A stretch of DNA of 64,000 bases from Acidobacteriota bacterium (GTDB lineage: Bacteria; Acidobacteriota; UBA6911): the NCBI GenBank assembly GCA_963664705.1, contig OY761556.1, positions 1,344,001-1,408,000 on the forward strand, read 5' to 3'. The first letter of the stretch is position 1. Each line of letters starts with the position of its first letter. Both the position numbers and the translations under genes were made by a program. This document shows, one piece after another, positions 1-10,194 of the stretch. The notes below the pieces were generated by a model. That model ran no database searches, was not told the DNA's origin, and saw nothing but the letters and a program-made list of their open reading frames with translations.

Positions 1-1
1 G

Positions 2-982
2 GAGGCTGCCCAGGCCGAACGAGAGAACCAGCGAGATAGGCTAGTGTCAGCATCTCTCCAGCGGCTGAGTAAACCCGCTGATGAGAAAGCATTTTGCAAT
101 GCTGCCCGGTTTTGTATCCGCCATTTTGATCGGCTTACAACTCATCCCGAGCATATTCAACAACTCAAAAAAACTATTCTCGATTTAGCAATCAGAGGCA
201 GATTAGTTCGGCAGGAATCTACTGACGAACCTGCCGAAAAAATTTTGCTAAGGATACAGGATGAAAAGCTGAATCTCTTAAGGAAAGGAATAATCAAGAA
301 AAACGATTTTGCCCAGCGTTCACCATCGGAGTCGGAATTTCCTTTTCGTCTACCAGAAGGATGGATGCCCGCAAACCTTCAAGCATTATGCCAGTCGATT
401 GCGGATGGAGATCACCTTCCGCCGCCAAAGGCTGACGCAGGTATCCCATTCTTGGTCATCGGAAATGTCCGAAACGAAAAAATAGATTTTTCTGGATGTC
501 GGCATGTACTCGAAGAATATTATAACAACCTTAACCCTATCCGTCGACCTAGGAAGGGTGACGTCTTATACACCTTGGTAGGATCATACGGAATTCCAGT
601 CCTAGTTGAAGATAATCAACAATTTTGTGTGCAAAGGCATATCGGAATTTTACGCCCGTCCAACGAGATAAATTCCACATTTTTGTACTGGATATTGGGA
701 AGTCGTTGGGTTTTCGATCAAGCGAGCAAACGCGCTACAGGCATTGCGCAGAAGACGGTGCCGTTAGAAGGATTGAGAAATATCCTTATTCCGCTTCCTC
801 CGATTGCGGAGCAAAATCGAATTGTCACCAGAGTAAATGAGCTTATCACGTTATGTCACCAAATTGAACTACAGCTTTCGATAAGCCAATCAGAAAAGAG
901 CCGCTTATTTGATTCTCTTCTTCACAATGCTCTCCTGCCTTATGTAAACCTAAATAACCTGAAGAATGAAAGAGCAGTATGA
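2..982 (+). CDS. hsdS: Type I restriction-modification specificity subunit, 5'-partial
   Basis: Frame is open from base 2 (EAAQAERENQRDRLVSASL); conserved segments QLKKTILDLAIRGRLVRQ, PFRLPEGW and IPLPPIAEQNRIVTRVNELITLC flank a TRD. Confidence 0.9.
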   Translation, partial: EAAQAERENQRDRLVSASLQRLSKPADEKAFCNAARFCIRHFDRLTTHPEHIQQLKKTILDLAIRGRLVRQESTDEPAEKILLRIQDEKLNLLRKGIIKKNDFAQRSPSESEFPFRLPEGWMPANLQALCQSIADGDHLPPPKADAGIPFLVIGNVRNEKIDFSGCRHVLEEYYNNLNPIRRPRKGDVLYTLVGSYGIPVLVEDNQQFCVQRHIGILRPSNEINSTFLYWILGSRWVFDQASKRATGIAQKTVPLEGLRNILIPLPPIAEQNRIVTRVNELITLCHQIELQLSISQSEKSRLFDSLLHNALLPYVNLNNLKNERAV

Positions 983-1525
983 GTCCAACACGTAAAATTT
1001 GCGGCGGTTCTCCTTGCAGTACCTGCATCATTAGGCGGATCTACATATATATACCGGTGACATGAGGATGCTTCATATCGGTTGGATCCTTCTCTTTACA
1101 GAGCAGTAACAAATAATAGAATCTTCCCGTTACCTACAGCTGATTATCTTCTTTCGAGAGAGCTTTACTTAGGTTATGAATTCCGTGCCATTTCACCAAA
1201 TCATCTTCCATGCGTAGCGATATAGATTGGTGGCCAATAATGCGTCACTATGGAGTCCCGACACGAATGCTTGATTGGACAGCTTCCAATTTCTGTTGCA
1301 GCATATTTTGCCGTGTCGGGGCAACCGGCAAAAGATGCTGCGATATACGTGGTGCACCTAAATACACTAAATAATGCTATGAAATCTGCCTATTCACAGT
1401 TCCGAATACGAATACGGGCGGAGAGAAAACCGGAATTCACTCGGCAGCTGTGGAACATGAATTTAACTGGCCGCTCTTTATTTCCAGGTTTGGATGGAAT
1501 AGGTAGGCAGGAAGAAATTATTTGA
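979..1525 (+). pseudogene. FRG-domain protein pseudogene
   Basis: YIYR*HEDASYRLDPSLYR (FRG motif with stop in place of Gly), then in other frames MRHYGVPTRMLDWT, VAAYFAV and MNLTGRSLFPGLDG; needs at least 2 frameshifts. Confidence 0.8.
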
Positions 1526-1797
1526 TACCACAGAATAAGCGATAACGCGGCGGAAAAAGGGCTTCATATATCAGCGGGATGAGCCTAATAGGTGAAATGA
1601 AGAAATAGGTGCATGGTTCGGAAAAATATTGCAAAGGAGATTTATTGGATTCTGCGCCTCAGCATCCAGCCAAATAGATCGAATCTCTCCAGCCCTGGAT
1701 ATTGCAATTGATAGGAGATGTCACCTTTGCGATTTTTCATCCTTCAGACCGGAGTTCTTCCAGTGCGCTTGCTTTCGTTTCCAATGCCTGTTCAGGC

Positions 1798-2744
1798 TCA
1801 TTCTCGGCAGTATCTTAGATAAATGAGCCACCCATCATGATCTCGAGTGAGCATTGCTGGTTGATCCAGCATTCCCTTTTTTAGCCCTTTTTTAAGCCTA
1901 CGGAATGGATTCACTCCCACAAAACCTGCATAGAACAGAAGATTGGACACGCTATGTTGAAGGCGTATGTCGCTAAGCCAACCCTGATAACTAGACTGAG
2001 ACATGCCGGTTTCTTTCTCAAACCTTGTCATGTTCTCTTTGAGAGGCGTGAACCAATCGATGCCCACAGCTTCGATATGAAGCCGCCCTGTATTTCTCGA
2101 TGCGGTCCAAGACTGCCGAACTTTTCTGGGAAGGGGGCCAAACCTATTATCCCAAGCCTTCATGGTTTCCCTGGCAAACAGATCTGCAACCCGAATTCGT
2201 GAACTCTCAGCCGAAGAAAGAAATGTGAGCTTCGGGGAAATATACTGGCTCCATTCAGAATCTTGCACTAGAGTTTCATAAAATCGGGTTGCATTGTGTT
2301 CATTTTTCCGGCGATTATCGAACGCAAATTGAACCATTTCGCTATTGTTAACAGCGCAATTACGCATTGCCCGAATAAGTTCAAGAAAGCATTTGTAATA
2401 TGCAATATCTGGCGCATTGGGGAAGACCGTGCGTTGAGCCGCCAAATCAATTACGAAACCCCATCCACCAAGTCCGCTTTCAACCAACAATGTAACCAGA
2501 TCACGGTACAAAGCTTTATTTATGGCATGATCATTGGCTTTGTAATCGCCCCTGTCGCTAGCACAATCATTAGCATGATGCCGCTAGTTCTGGCATTCCA
2601 TTTTACTTCCAGCGATTCCCACAGTTCGTCGTTGCCAATTAAACCAGCAACGGCAAACACTCTTTCCTTCCTTTCATCAGAGCTTTCATCTGCATATACG
2701 CTTAACATATCCACCATTCTGCAATCTTGCCTAAAGATGCCCAT
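1798..2744 (-). pseudogene. DUF3800-like protein, split/frameshifted
   Basis: N-terminal VYADES..VFAVAGLIG in ORF 2520-2744; continuation with FAFD and IRVADLFARE in ORF 1798-2511. Confidence 0.6.
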
Positions 2745-2850
2745 TCAGATCAGCAGAAGCGCACTTGCTCTGTAAGAAAATACGCTTTTTATAATCCAAG
2801 CTATGCTGGACCTGCCATCAAGCTTTTGTAGAGGGGCCTTGTCGCCCATG

Positions 2851-3726
2851 TTACTGCGGTTTCGCCCGTTGCTTATCAATCATTCGTGTGCCCGCGTGGA
2901 TAGTAGCCAAGTAAAAGTAGAATATCCAACTTAGCCATATCGTTGGGTCATAGTCGGTCTTCTGTTTGGAATTGTGATGACGAATTCCAAAGTTGTTAGC
3001 AATTTCAAACAGGTCCGATTCGTCTTTGGATAAAAGAACTTTTTTCAATTTTGGCCGCAAAAACTCTAACACATCGGCCAGATCGCGGATGGCATCTCGC
3101 CTGTCTTCGCGAGATGCACCACGTCGGCGAAATTTGTCGACAGCGGTATTAACACGGATCTGTATGTTTCGTTGGTCGTATGTGGGAACTGGGGCCTGAA
3201 GCAGTGGTTCGAGGTTCCCTCCAGGCAGTAAAAGAATTTCGCCGCGTGATGATAGCTCATACCCGGAGCCATAATCTCGCAGCAGGGCATTTATCTCTTC
3301 CCGCCACTCAGCATTTGCCGTTCCCTTTTTGAATTTTTTATAATGATAACCACAATTCCCATAGTCGTGGTAATAGCCTTCTGCAATTGGCTGAGACGCA
3401 TGATCGAAAAGGAACTCAATCAGATCAAAAATCTCGTCTTCGCTCAGATCAGCTTTCCGTTCCCAGATAGGGAACAGTCCCTTTCGACGAATTTTGCGAT
3501 AAGCATAGCCTTCGACGTCCCCAACAAGGCCGGGTTCATAGCCGTCAACGCAATTAATTCCAAGGTATTCCTGGAAGTAGCCTTTAGATTCAAACGCTGT
3601 GTAGGTCACTAGGAAAAAATCGCGGAATTCTTCCAGCGTTAGCCCCTCTGACTTTTTCAGGCGGCCCGTACGCATTGAATAATACGAACGGTTGTTCACT
3701 GATTCTATCTCATCCTTTCTCGGCAA
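2851..3726 (-). CDS. Putative AbiJ-like / HEPN-type abortive-infection protein
   Basis: 291 aa; IFDLIEFL N-terminal helix, EINALL..GYEL linker, C-terminal DAIRDLADVLE...ANNFGIRHH; defence-island context. Confidence 0.55.
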   Translation of the reverse strand: MPRKDEIESVNNRSYYSMRTGRLKKSEGLTLEEFRDFFLVTYTAFESKGYFQEYLGINCVDGYEPGLVGDVEGYAYRKIRRKGLFPIWERKADLSEDEIFDLIEFLFDHASQPIAEGYYHDYGNCGYHYKKFKKGTANAEWREEINALLRDYGSGYELSSRGEILLLPGGNLEPLLQAPVPTYDQRNIQIRVNTAVDKFRRRGASREDRRDAIRDLADVLEFLRPKLKKVLLSKDESDLFEIANNFGIRHHNSKQKTDYDPTIWLSWIFYFYLATIHAGTRMIDKQRAKPQ

Positions 3727-3968
3727 AACACGAGCCTATAGATTGGTAAAGCATTTGATTTTAGTTGCATTTTATCTCCAGACCCTTGAATTGATAAAGC
3801 CCTTTCAGCTAAGAAGTTAAAGCATAGAATAATAAATCGAGGACCGGTCACGGGTTTTTGCGACCATTTGAGCTAAAATCCTTTAATGATGCGTGCAAAA
3901 TACCAACGCCATGTTATTTTATTAGCAATAAAGAAGATGTCCAGAATCTTCAATAGGAGGAGTGATTT

Positions 3969-6140
3969 TTGGAATCAGGTGTCAAAATAATTCAGGGAAC
4001 TAACTCAAAACCTGCATCAAGCAGAGCGCTTGTTGAATATTTCTCCAACAATTTAGCTGATGCCGGGGAACTGTTCATTGGGTTCCCCATTATCGGAACA
4101 CCAGAGGGACGGCATCCGATCGATGCTATGTGGATCTCTCCAACTAAAGGGATCGTCATTTTCGATCTTGTTGAAGGTGTTGATCCTGGTGAATATTCTG
4201 AACGTCAAGACGATGCTGCCAACAAAATTGAAGCGCGATTGAAGACTCATCGAGAGTTGATGGATCGAAGGAATTTGCTGATACCCATTCACACTATTTC
4301 CTTTGCTCCTGGAATCAGCACTCCTGAAAGGTTTGAGCGACCCGATTACCCGCTGGTTAACCTAAACTCGATTGATTTATGCCTAAGGGCGTTCGCTTGG
4401 GGTGATTCAGATACCTCAGTGTACGGGGCGACGCTGTCTGCACTTCAGAATATCTCTTCGATTCGCAAATCGCGAACTAAGAGGATCACAACAAAAGTGG
4501 ATTCGCGTGGAGCAAAACTGAAGCGCCTGGAGGATTCCATCGCAACTCTAGACAGCTTGCAGAACAAGGCAGTTGTCGAAACTGTTGATGGCGTACAAAG
4601 AATACGGGGCTTGGCTGGATCCGGTAAGACGATCGTACTTGCGCTCAAAGCCGCCTACCTTCACGCGCAACACCCTGACTGGCGTATAGCAGTTACCTTC
4701 AATACGAGATCACTAAAGGGTCAGTTCAAACGTCTTATCAACTCGTTCGTGATAGAACAGACAAAGGAAGAACCCGACTGGGATAATCTTTGTATATTGA
4801 ATGCATGGGGTGCCCCTGGGGGAAAAGATAGAGAAGGAATTTACCATGAGTTTTGTCGGGCGCAGGACATCCCCTATTACGATTATCGGAGTGCAAAGGC
4901 CATTTATGGTCGAGGGGAAGAATTTGCAGGCGTATGTAATGAAGCTCTGAAACAAGCTCAAAAAATTACCCAGTACTATGATGCGATCCTAGTTGATGAA
5001 GCACAGGATTTATCACCAGCATTCCTTCGAATGTGTTACGACATTTTAACCGAACAAAAGAGATTGGTTTATGCATACGATGAGCTTCAAAACCTATCTG
5101 GCAATTCCTTGCCACCTCCAGAAGATATCTTTGGTAAGCATGAAGATGGGTCGTCTCGCGTGACTTTCGACGATTCTCCTGAGACGAGTCCTATACGGGA
5201 CATAATTTTGCCGATGTGCTATCGCAATTCGCGCCCGGTGCTTGTAACCGCGCATTCGCTTGGATTTGGTATATATAGGACTCCTCCCCCAAAGAGCGAT
5301 ATAGGGTTGGTTCAAATGTTCGGAAATGCTCGGCTTTGGGAGGAGATCGGCTATCAGGTTAAAGATGGCATACTTCAGGATAACAGTGACGTTGTTCTGG
5401 CAAGAACCCCCGAGACTAGTCCCAAATTTCTTGAAGACCATTCTCCTATCGACGACCTAATCCAGTTCCATGTTTTCGATACTGTAGATGAACAAGCTGA
5501 ATGGGTCAGTAAGTCCATAGAAAAAAATATTACCGAAGACGAATTAAGGCATGACGATATTGTAGTTATAAATCCCAACCCAATCACTACTCTCGAAGAA
5601 GCTGGCCGTATCCGTGATCGACTTCTCGAAATGAAGATCAATTCCCATCTTGCCGGGGTTGATACCAATCCAGATGTATTTTTCGAATCCGAAAGCCCGT
5701 CAGTTACTTTTACTGGCATTTATCGTGCGAAGGGAAATGAGGCCGGGATGGTCTATATCATCAATGCGCATGATTGTCAGTCGGCATTTTTCAATTTAGC
5801 TAGTATTCGTAATCGTCTGTTCACGGCCATAACGAGAAGTAAAGCTTGGGTTAGAATTTTGGGTGTTGGTCCAAAAATGGAAGCCCTGATCGCTGAATTT
5901 GATGAGCTTAAAAAAAGAAATTTCGAGCTCCAATTTCGATATCCTAGCGAATCAGAACGCCAAAAATTGGGCATTGTGCATAGAGACATGACAGCAGCGG
6001 AGCAGAGAAAGCTAAAATCAACAGAGAAGCAATTGGCGGATCTGGTCAATGATTTGGAGTTTGGAAATGTTTACCCCGATGATCTGGACGATGCTTTGTT
6101 AAAGAGACTTGAAACTCTCCTTAAAAGAAAGCGGGAGTAA
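3969..6140 (+). CDS. Superfamily I (UvrD-like) helicase with N-terminal nuclease-like domain; partner of DUF2290
   Basis: GLAGSGKT, DEAQD, YRN, IYRAKGNE, FTAITRSK motifs; GGAGG RBS before TTG. Confidence 0.9.
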   Translation: MESGVKIIQGTNSKPASSRALVEYFSNNLADAGELFIGFPIIGTPEGRHPIDAMWISPTKGIVIFDLVEGVDPGEYSERQDDAANKIEARLKTHRELMDRRNLLIPIHTISFAPGISTPERFERPDYPLVNLNSIDLCLRAFAWGDSDTSVYGATLSALQNISSIRKSRTKRITTKVDSRGAKLKRLEDSIATLDSLQNKAVVETVDGVQRIRGLAGSGKTIVLALKAAYLHAQHPDWRIAVTFNTRSLKGQFKRLINSFVIEQTKEEPDWDNLCILNAWGAPGGKDREGIYHEFCRAQDIPYYDYRSAKAIYGRGEEFAGVCNEALKQAQKITQYYDAILVDEAQDLSPAFLRMCYDILTEQKRLVYAYDELQNLSGNSLPPPEDIFGKHEDGSSRVTFDDSPETSPIRDIILPMCYRNSRPVLVTAHSLGFGIYRTPPPKSDIGLVQMFGNARLWEEIGYQVKDGILQDNSDVVLARTPETSPKFLEDHSPIDDLIQFHVFDTVDEQAEWVSKSIEKNITEDELRHDDIVVINPNPITTLEEAGRIRDRLLEMKINSHLAGVDTNPDVFFESESPSVTFTGIYRAKGNEAGMVYIINAHDCQSAFFNLASIRNRLFTAITRSKAWVRILGVGPKMEALIAEFDELKKRNFELQFRYPSESERQKLGIVHRDMTAAEQRKLKSTEKQLADLVNDLEFGNVYPDDLDDALLKRLETLLKRKRE

Positions 6141-6146
6141 AAGTTT

Positions 6147-6824
6147 GTGCTAAGCGCGACTGATGTACTGAATCAGGTCAATAAGTTGATTCACCATCTT
6201 GTAAAAATAGGACTGGCCACTGATCAAAATCTTGCTTTTCTCAAGTCTGATTCAGCAAATACAGTTGAGATTACATTTCAAAAATCTGGGCTTATTTCAG
6301 CAGCTCTGAAAGATGAGCCTTATACCGAAATTTATAAATATTTTGCAGATGAACGCGCTTTTATGGTCAAGATGATCGATGGCGCCCTAATTCAAATGAG
6401 GTATTTGTTTACAAACGATAAGATTCAACGTCATACATTGAGCTTTTTACCGGCGCCCCATCTTGAGGAATTCCAGAGCAACCCCGAGATCTATCTGCTG
6501 GAAGAAATATACGCAGACATTGTCGCCAGAAGCATCGTTCCTTTCCCATTCAGATTCGATTGTGATTGTCGCGATGAAGTGGCTAAGCCGGTGGAGCATC
6601 CAAAATCTCATTTTACTTTGGGTCAATACATAAATTGCAGGATTCCTGTCTCATCACCAGTAACACCGGCCTGCTTTATTACTTTTGTGTTGCGAAATTT
6701 TTATCATACTGGATACCTTAAATTCGCGGATGATCTGCCAATTTTGAAAGAAGTGTTCTCTGAAACCATTTTTGTTGAGGAGCGTACATTGCCATTCCTT
6801 CAGGTTCCTTGTAGTAACGCATAG
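6147..6824 (+). CDS. DUF2290 domain protein
   Basis: FRFD...HPKSHFTLGQ..CRIPVSSPVTP.CFITFVLRNFY motif; 6 bp after the helicase stop. Confidence 0.8.
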   Translation: MLSATDVLNQVNKLIHHLVKIGLATDQNLAFLKSDSANTVEITFQKSGLISAALKDEPYTEIYKYFADERAFMVKMIDGALIQMRYLFTNDKIQRHTLSFLPAPHLEEFQSNPEIYLLEEIYADIVARSIVPFPFRFDCDCRDEVAKPVEHPKSHFTLGQYINCRIPVSSPVTPACFITFVLRNFYHTGYLKFADDLPILKEVFSETIFVEERTLPFLQVPCSNA

Positions 6825-7192
6825 GAATAAAAACTTTCAATATATGCCGACGGCTTGCTCCAGAATAAGATGCATTGGATCAAGAGCGCTCTAATTTATA
6901 GTGAGAAGTGTTCTTCAGATCTTCGGACGTCAAGGAAATTTAGAATGTAGAGAGATCGGCGGAAGGCAGGCGTGCGCATCCTGACATGCCTAGTCGGTGG
7001 AAGAAGGCCACCCCCTTCCGGGGGGGACTACCCGGGGGGTAGAAAAACTTGCAGGAAAGTTGCAGGAAATGAGGTGAACAAAGTGGACGTTCTTTGGTTT
7101 TGCTTGTTCTTTTTGTTCATGCGGTTAAGCAGTGTTAATGCATGTGTGGCTCTAATGCCTTCATTATCAACATCTCGGAAAAATGGCTAGGC

Positions 7193-7241
7193 GGGACTTC
7201 GAATCCGCAGGCCGCCCGTTCGAGTCGGGCCGGGTGCGCCA
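7193..7241 (+). tRNA. 3' half of tRNA-Arg(UCG), an att-site duplicate rather than a full tRNA
   Basis: GGAC-TTCGAA-TCCGC AGGCC GCCCG-TTCGAGT-CGGGC CGGGTGC GCCA gives anticodon loop, T-arm, acceptor 3' strand and CCA; no matching 5' acceptor strand or D-arm upstream. Confidence 0.8.
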
Positions 7242-7326
7242 TAAGTTCTTCATTCCTCTTGGCTTTCCCATTCCTGAAAATCCGCAATCCCTGCGCATGG
7301 TGTCCTTGGGGGCAATATGGGGGCAG

Positions 7327-7480
7327 TTATGCAGTTTTTGCCTCAGCAGGCGTTGATTCTTCTTTTGGATGAAGTGCTAATTCAAGGGCATCTATCGCCG
7401 CTTTTTTGTGGGCTGGGGCAAGGTGAGCATAGCGCAAAGTCATCTCAATAGTCTTATGGCGCATGATCTCCTTCACGTGA
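7327..7480 (-). pseudogene. Tyrosine recombinase/integrase C-terminal remnant
   Basis: VKEIMRHKTIEMTLRYAHLAP (box II H...Y) with no N-terminal part; adjacent to the att site. Confidence 0.8.
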
Positions 7481-7759
7481 CCAGATCCACACCCTCCATT
7501 ACAAGGTGTGAGGCACAGGTATGGCGCAAAATGTGGAAGGTCACTCCCTTCAGTTCGGATTAAGGGTGGCATCCTATCTCTTACGGCGCATTATTCCTGC
7601 CAATTCCAAATGCAATTGTCCTGTAGTCCCGATATGGGAGATTGCGCCAAAATATCAATTCCCGTGTCGAAACTGCATTCTACGCTGATTTACCCGCTCG
7701 GAAGGCCGTTTCGTGGGAACGATACGATATATTTATCGTGGAATATACCGGAGGTGCCT

Positions 7760-9241
7760 ATGCCGGTACGCGAAATCTTTGCATTGATAATTGTGACATT
7801 CTGGGCGCTTGGTTTTACCGCAGTGCCTGCGTATTGCGACAATCTCCAGGCGCAAGAGCAGCAAGTATTTTCAAATGCCGTAAAAATGGCACTTAAAATC
7901 AAACCTTTACCTGCAGATGAGATCATAGACATTTCTTTGCATCTAAGAAAAGACGTATGGAATAAGTCTGAAGCATCGGCCAAAGCATTGTTCAAACACG
8001 CACGCGATACTGCTGCCTGTACAAACTCGGCAGTTCAGTACAGATCTGCCTGCAATGCCGCAAACTATCTCCTGATGTCCCTTGACCGGATCTCGTCCCA
8101 AGAGGCTCAAAAGCTGTTTGAAAGCTGGCCCGCTCCACTGGACTTCGAACAGCAATACAAGGATTTTAGTAATAAATTCGAAGCCGATAAGCAGCGAAAC
8201 CGGCTTTTACAGAACCCGTCGAATTATGTAAACGAATATATTCCACCCGAAAACATGAATACCTGGTCTGCTTTGATAAGCAGGTTTTTCTCCAGACCAG
8301 ATGATGCTCGTAAAGTGTTCGACCGCATGCTCCGCGAATGCGAGGCCCAGTCTGGACGATCATCGTCAACTCCACGAGTTGTCAGCAAGATTATGGATCC
8401 AAATTCCTGGGATGCATCCCTGTTCCGCCACTACATTGATCTTTTAAAGCATGATAGATGGCCATCCCGTTACGAGCTCTCATGTGACGGAAAATCCACC
8501 ATGCTAGATGATTTGGAAGGGGATGCGTTTCAGATACTAATGCGCGTCGCCCAAAGTTACTTTAGCACTGCGACAGAGATGCTCCAGGTGGCTCCCAGCC
8601 TTAAAGAAAAGATGGATCGGGTCGGCGGATTCAACTCGATACTTGATCATGGAGAGTTCCGCGGTGGTCCCCCCTATGTGGGCCGACCGATACTTTACAG
8701 GGGCTATAAGGGTTTGAAAGCAAAAATAGATACATTGTGTGATCAATCCAGGAATGAAGTCCTCCAGACGGTTGCAGCACTAAAATCGGCACGAGATTTT
8801 GATTCCGTATCTTGGGCGGCATCAGCTTCATGTGCGACCGTATCTGAAGTTGCGTCGAATGTAGGGAGGGAAATGGTGCTGAACGAACCCGAGGCAGAAA
8901 CCAGAATTTCCATGGCCTCGCGGCTAGTACCCGGCTATGGCGCCCGGTTGCAACCGGAATGGATCGAGTTTGGCTTCAATGTTCTTCGCGCGACCGACGG
9001 ACGGAGCTCATCGACAAGAAGCGAGTTCGAGAAAAGGTTTGTCGGTCAGGTTGCCTTAATTGATTTCAAACGCGCTATATCTTATATCAATAAAGCAAAG
9101 CAGCCCCTAGACCGCCTTCGAATGCTCATCGCCGTTATGGATGTTCTGGAAAGCGAGTTATGGAGAACTAAGCAGTCAGTGTCCTTCCTCTCTGATAAAT
9201 CGGCTTATGAATCAGTCGTAAAACGGACTCACTTGTCCTGA
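7760..9241 (+). CDS. Hypothetical secreted protein
   Basis: Long ORF; GGAGG RBS before ATG 7760; signal-like MPVREIFALIIVTFWALGFTAVPAYC. Confidence 0.65.
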   Translation: MPVREIFALIIVTFWALGFTAVPAYCDNLQAQEQQVFSNAVKMALKIKPLPADEIIDISLHLRKDVWNKSEASAKALFKHARDTAACTNSAVQYRSACNAANYLLMSLDRISSQEAQKLFESWPAPLDFEQQYKDFSNKFEADKQRNRLLQNPSNYVNEYIPPENMNTWSALISRFFSRPDDARKVFDRMLRECEAQSGRSSSTPRVVSKIMDPNSWDASLFRHYIDLLKHDRWPSRYELSCDGKSTMLDDLEGDAFQILMRVAQSYFSTATEMLQVAPSLKEKMDRVGGFNSILDHGEFRGGPPYVGRPILYRGYKGLKAKIDTLCDQSRNEVLQTVAALKSARDFDSVSWAASASCATVSEVASNVGREMVLNEPEAETRISMASRLVPGYGARLQPEWIEFGFNVLRATDGRSSSTRSEFEKRFVGQVALIDFKRAISYINKAKQPLDRLRMLIAVMDVLESELWRTKQSVSFLSDKSAYESVVKRTHLS

Positions 9242-9518
9242 AGTCGCGTCCAAAAAGCCCTGGAACTTTCTGGATCTCATCAAGAATCGACTTATCCGGA
9301 AGACCGTCAATGAAGCCGACAGGATCTGATTCGGCTGCGTTGGAGAGTACCGGATCATCAAAGCTAAAATAGGAATATCCGAGCGGTTCCCCTACAAGCT
9401 TTGCCAGGGTAGTCTTCCCAGTCTGCCGGGGACCGTGAATGAGTACAACCGGAGTGTCCACCAGGGCTTCTTTTAAACGATCGGCAGAGAATCGGGGATA
9501 CAAAGTTAAGGTATTCAT
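9168..9518 (-). pseudogene. Truncated AAA+ ATPase (AAA_14/DUF4143 type)
   Basis: GPRQTGKTT Walker A and ILDEIQKVP Walker B; homology stops at about 90 aa, where it meets the convergent gene. Confidence 0.8.
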
Positions 9519-9544
9519 CTCGGCTGATCGCGTAACTCTATTGC

Positions 9545-9607
9545 CCGGCTAATTGCAAGGTTTATGCTCGGCTAATTGAAAGGTTATCCTTCGGCCAATT
9601 GAAACCT
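9545..9607 (+). repeat. Three direct repeats CGGCYAATTG(C/A)AA with about 23-bp period
   Basis: cggctaattgcaagg, cggctaattgaaagg, cggccaattgaaacc directly upstream of the ATPase start. Confidence 0.7.
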
Positions 9608-10194
9608 TTTTACTTGGGGTCTTATGTCCTGTCATCGGAATAGCTACTTCGTCGTTGATTCCGGATCTTGATCGATTCCTGACGGCCGGCCTCCTGAAAT
9701 CGCGGGCCCGCGTTCGTTTTGGTCCGGCAGTGAAAGAACACCCAAGGGCAAATCACGCCCTGTTATTTCAAAAGATCAATCTTGCTTTGCGGCCCGAAAG
9801 TATCGCATTTAGGTCCGTTGTGATGTTATCGTAACGGTGTCCAAACCATGGCCCAGCTTTATCACTGGGGGTGGATAACTCGTGCAGAAAAGGCCGGTCA
9901 ATACGCCCGCCTCTTTGGACAGTCGAACCAGTTTCGAATGCAATGCAGAATTTGATCAGAACAACAGACTTCCGGTTGTGCATGATGTACAGGTGCGTTT
10001 CGGATTCAGAGTTTCTTGGAATGCTCTTGTACCGCCTATTGTTGGGTAACGCGGCAGCGCTGGCTTTATTCAGTGCAATCGGCGTCATCGGTATATCCAG
10101 CGGTTCAAGCATTGAGTTCATGCTGAGCCTGGTTGCCATTTTCAAAACCTCGGCGCAGGTTTTTCGCCGGGTCCGCCCGGAAAGGATTTGAGAA

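Larger units (their letters stand above)
1..7241. mobile_element. Right end of an integrative defence island inserted at tRNA-Arg(UCG); left end outside the window
   Basis: Cluster of defence-type genes and pseudogenes, AT-richer than the 19-46 kb zone, ending exactly at a duplicated tRNA 3' half. Confidence 0.7.

Noticed and set aside
7006-7040. G/C-run hairpin near the island end
   Set aside because: Imperfect and without a clear U-tract; not enough to call a terminator or origin
7160-7241. Complete tRNA gene
   Set aside because: No 5' acceptor strand complementary to CGGGTGC and no D-arm
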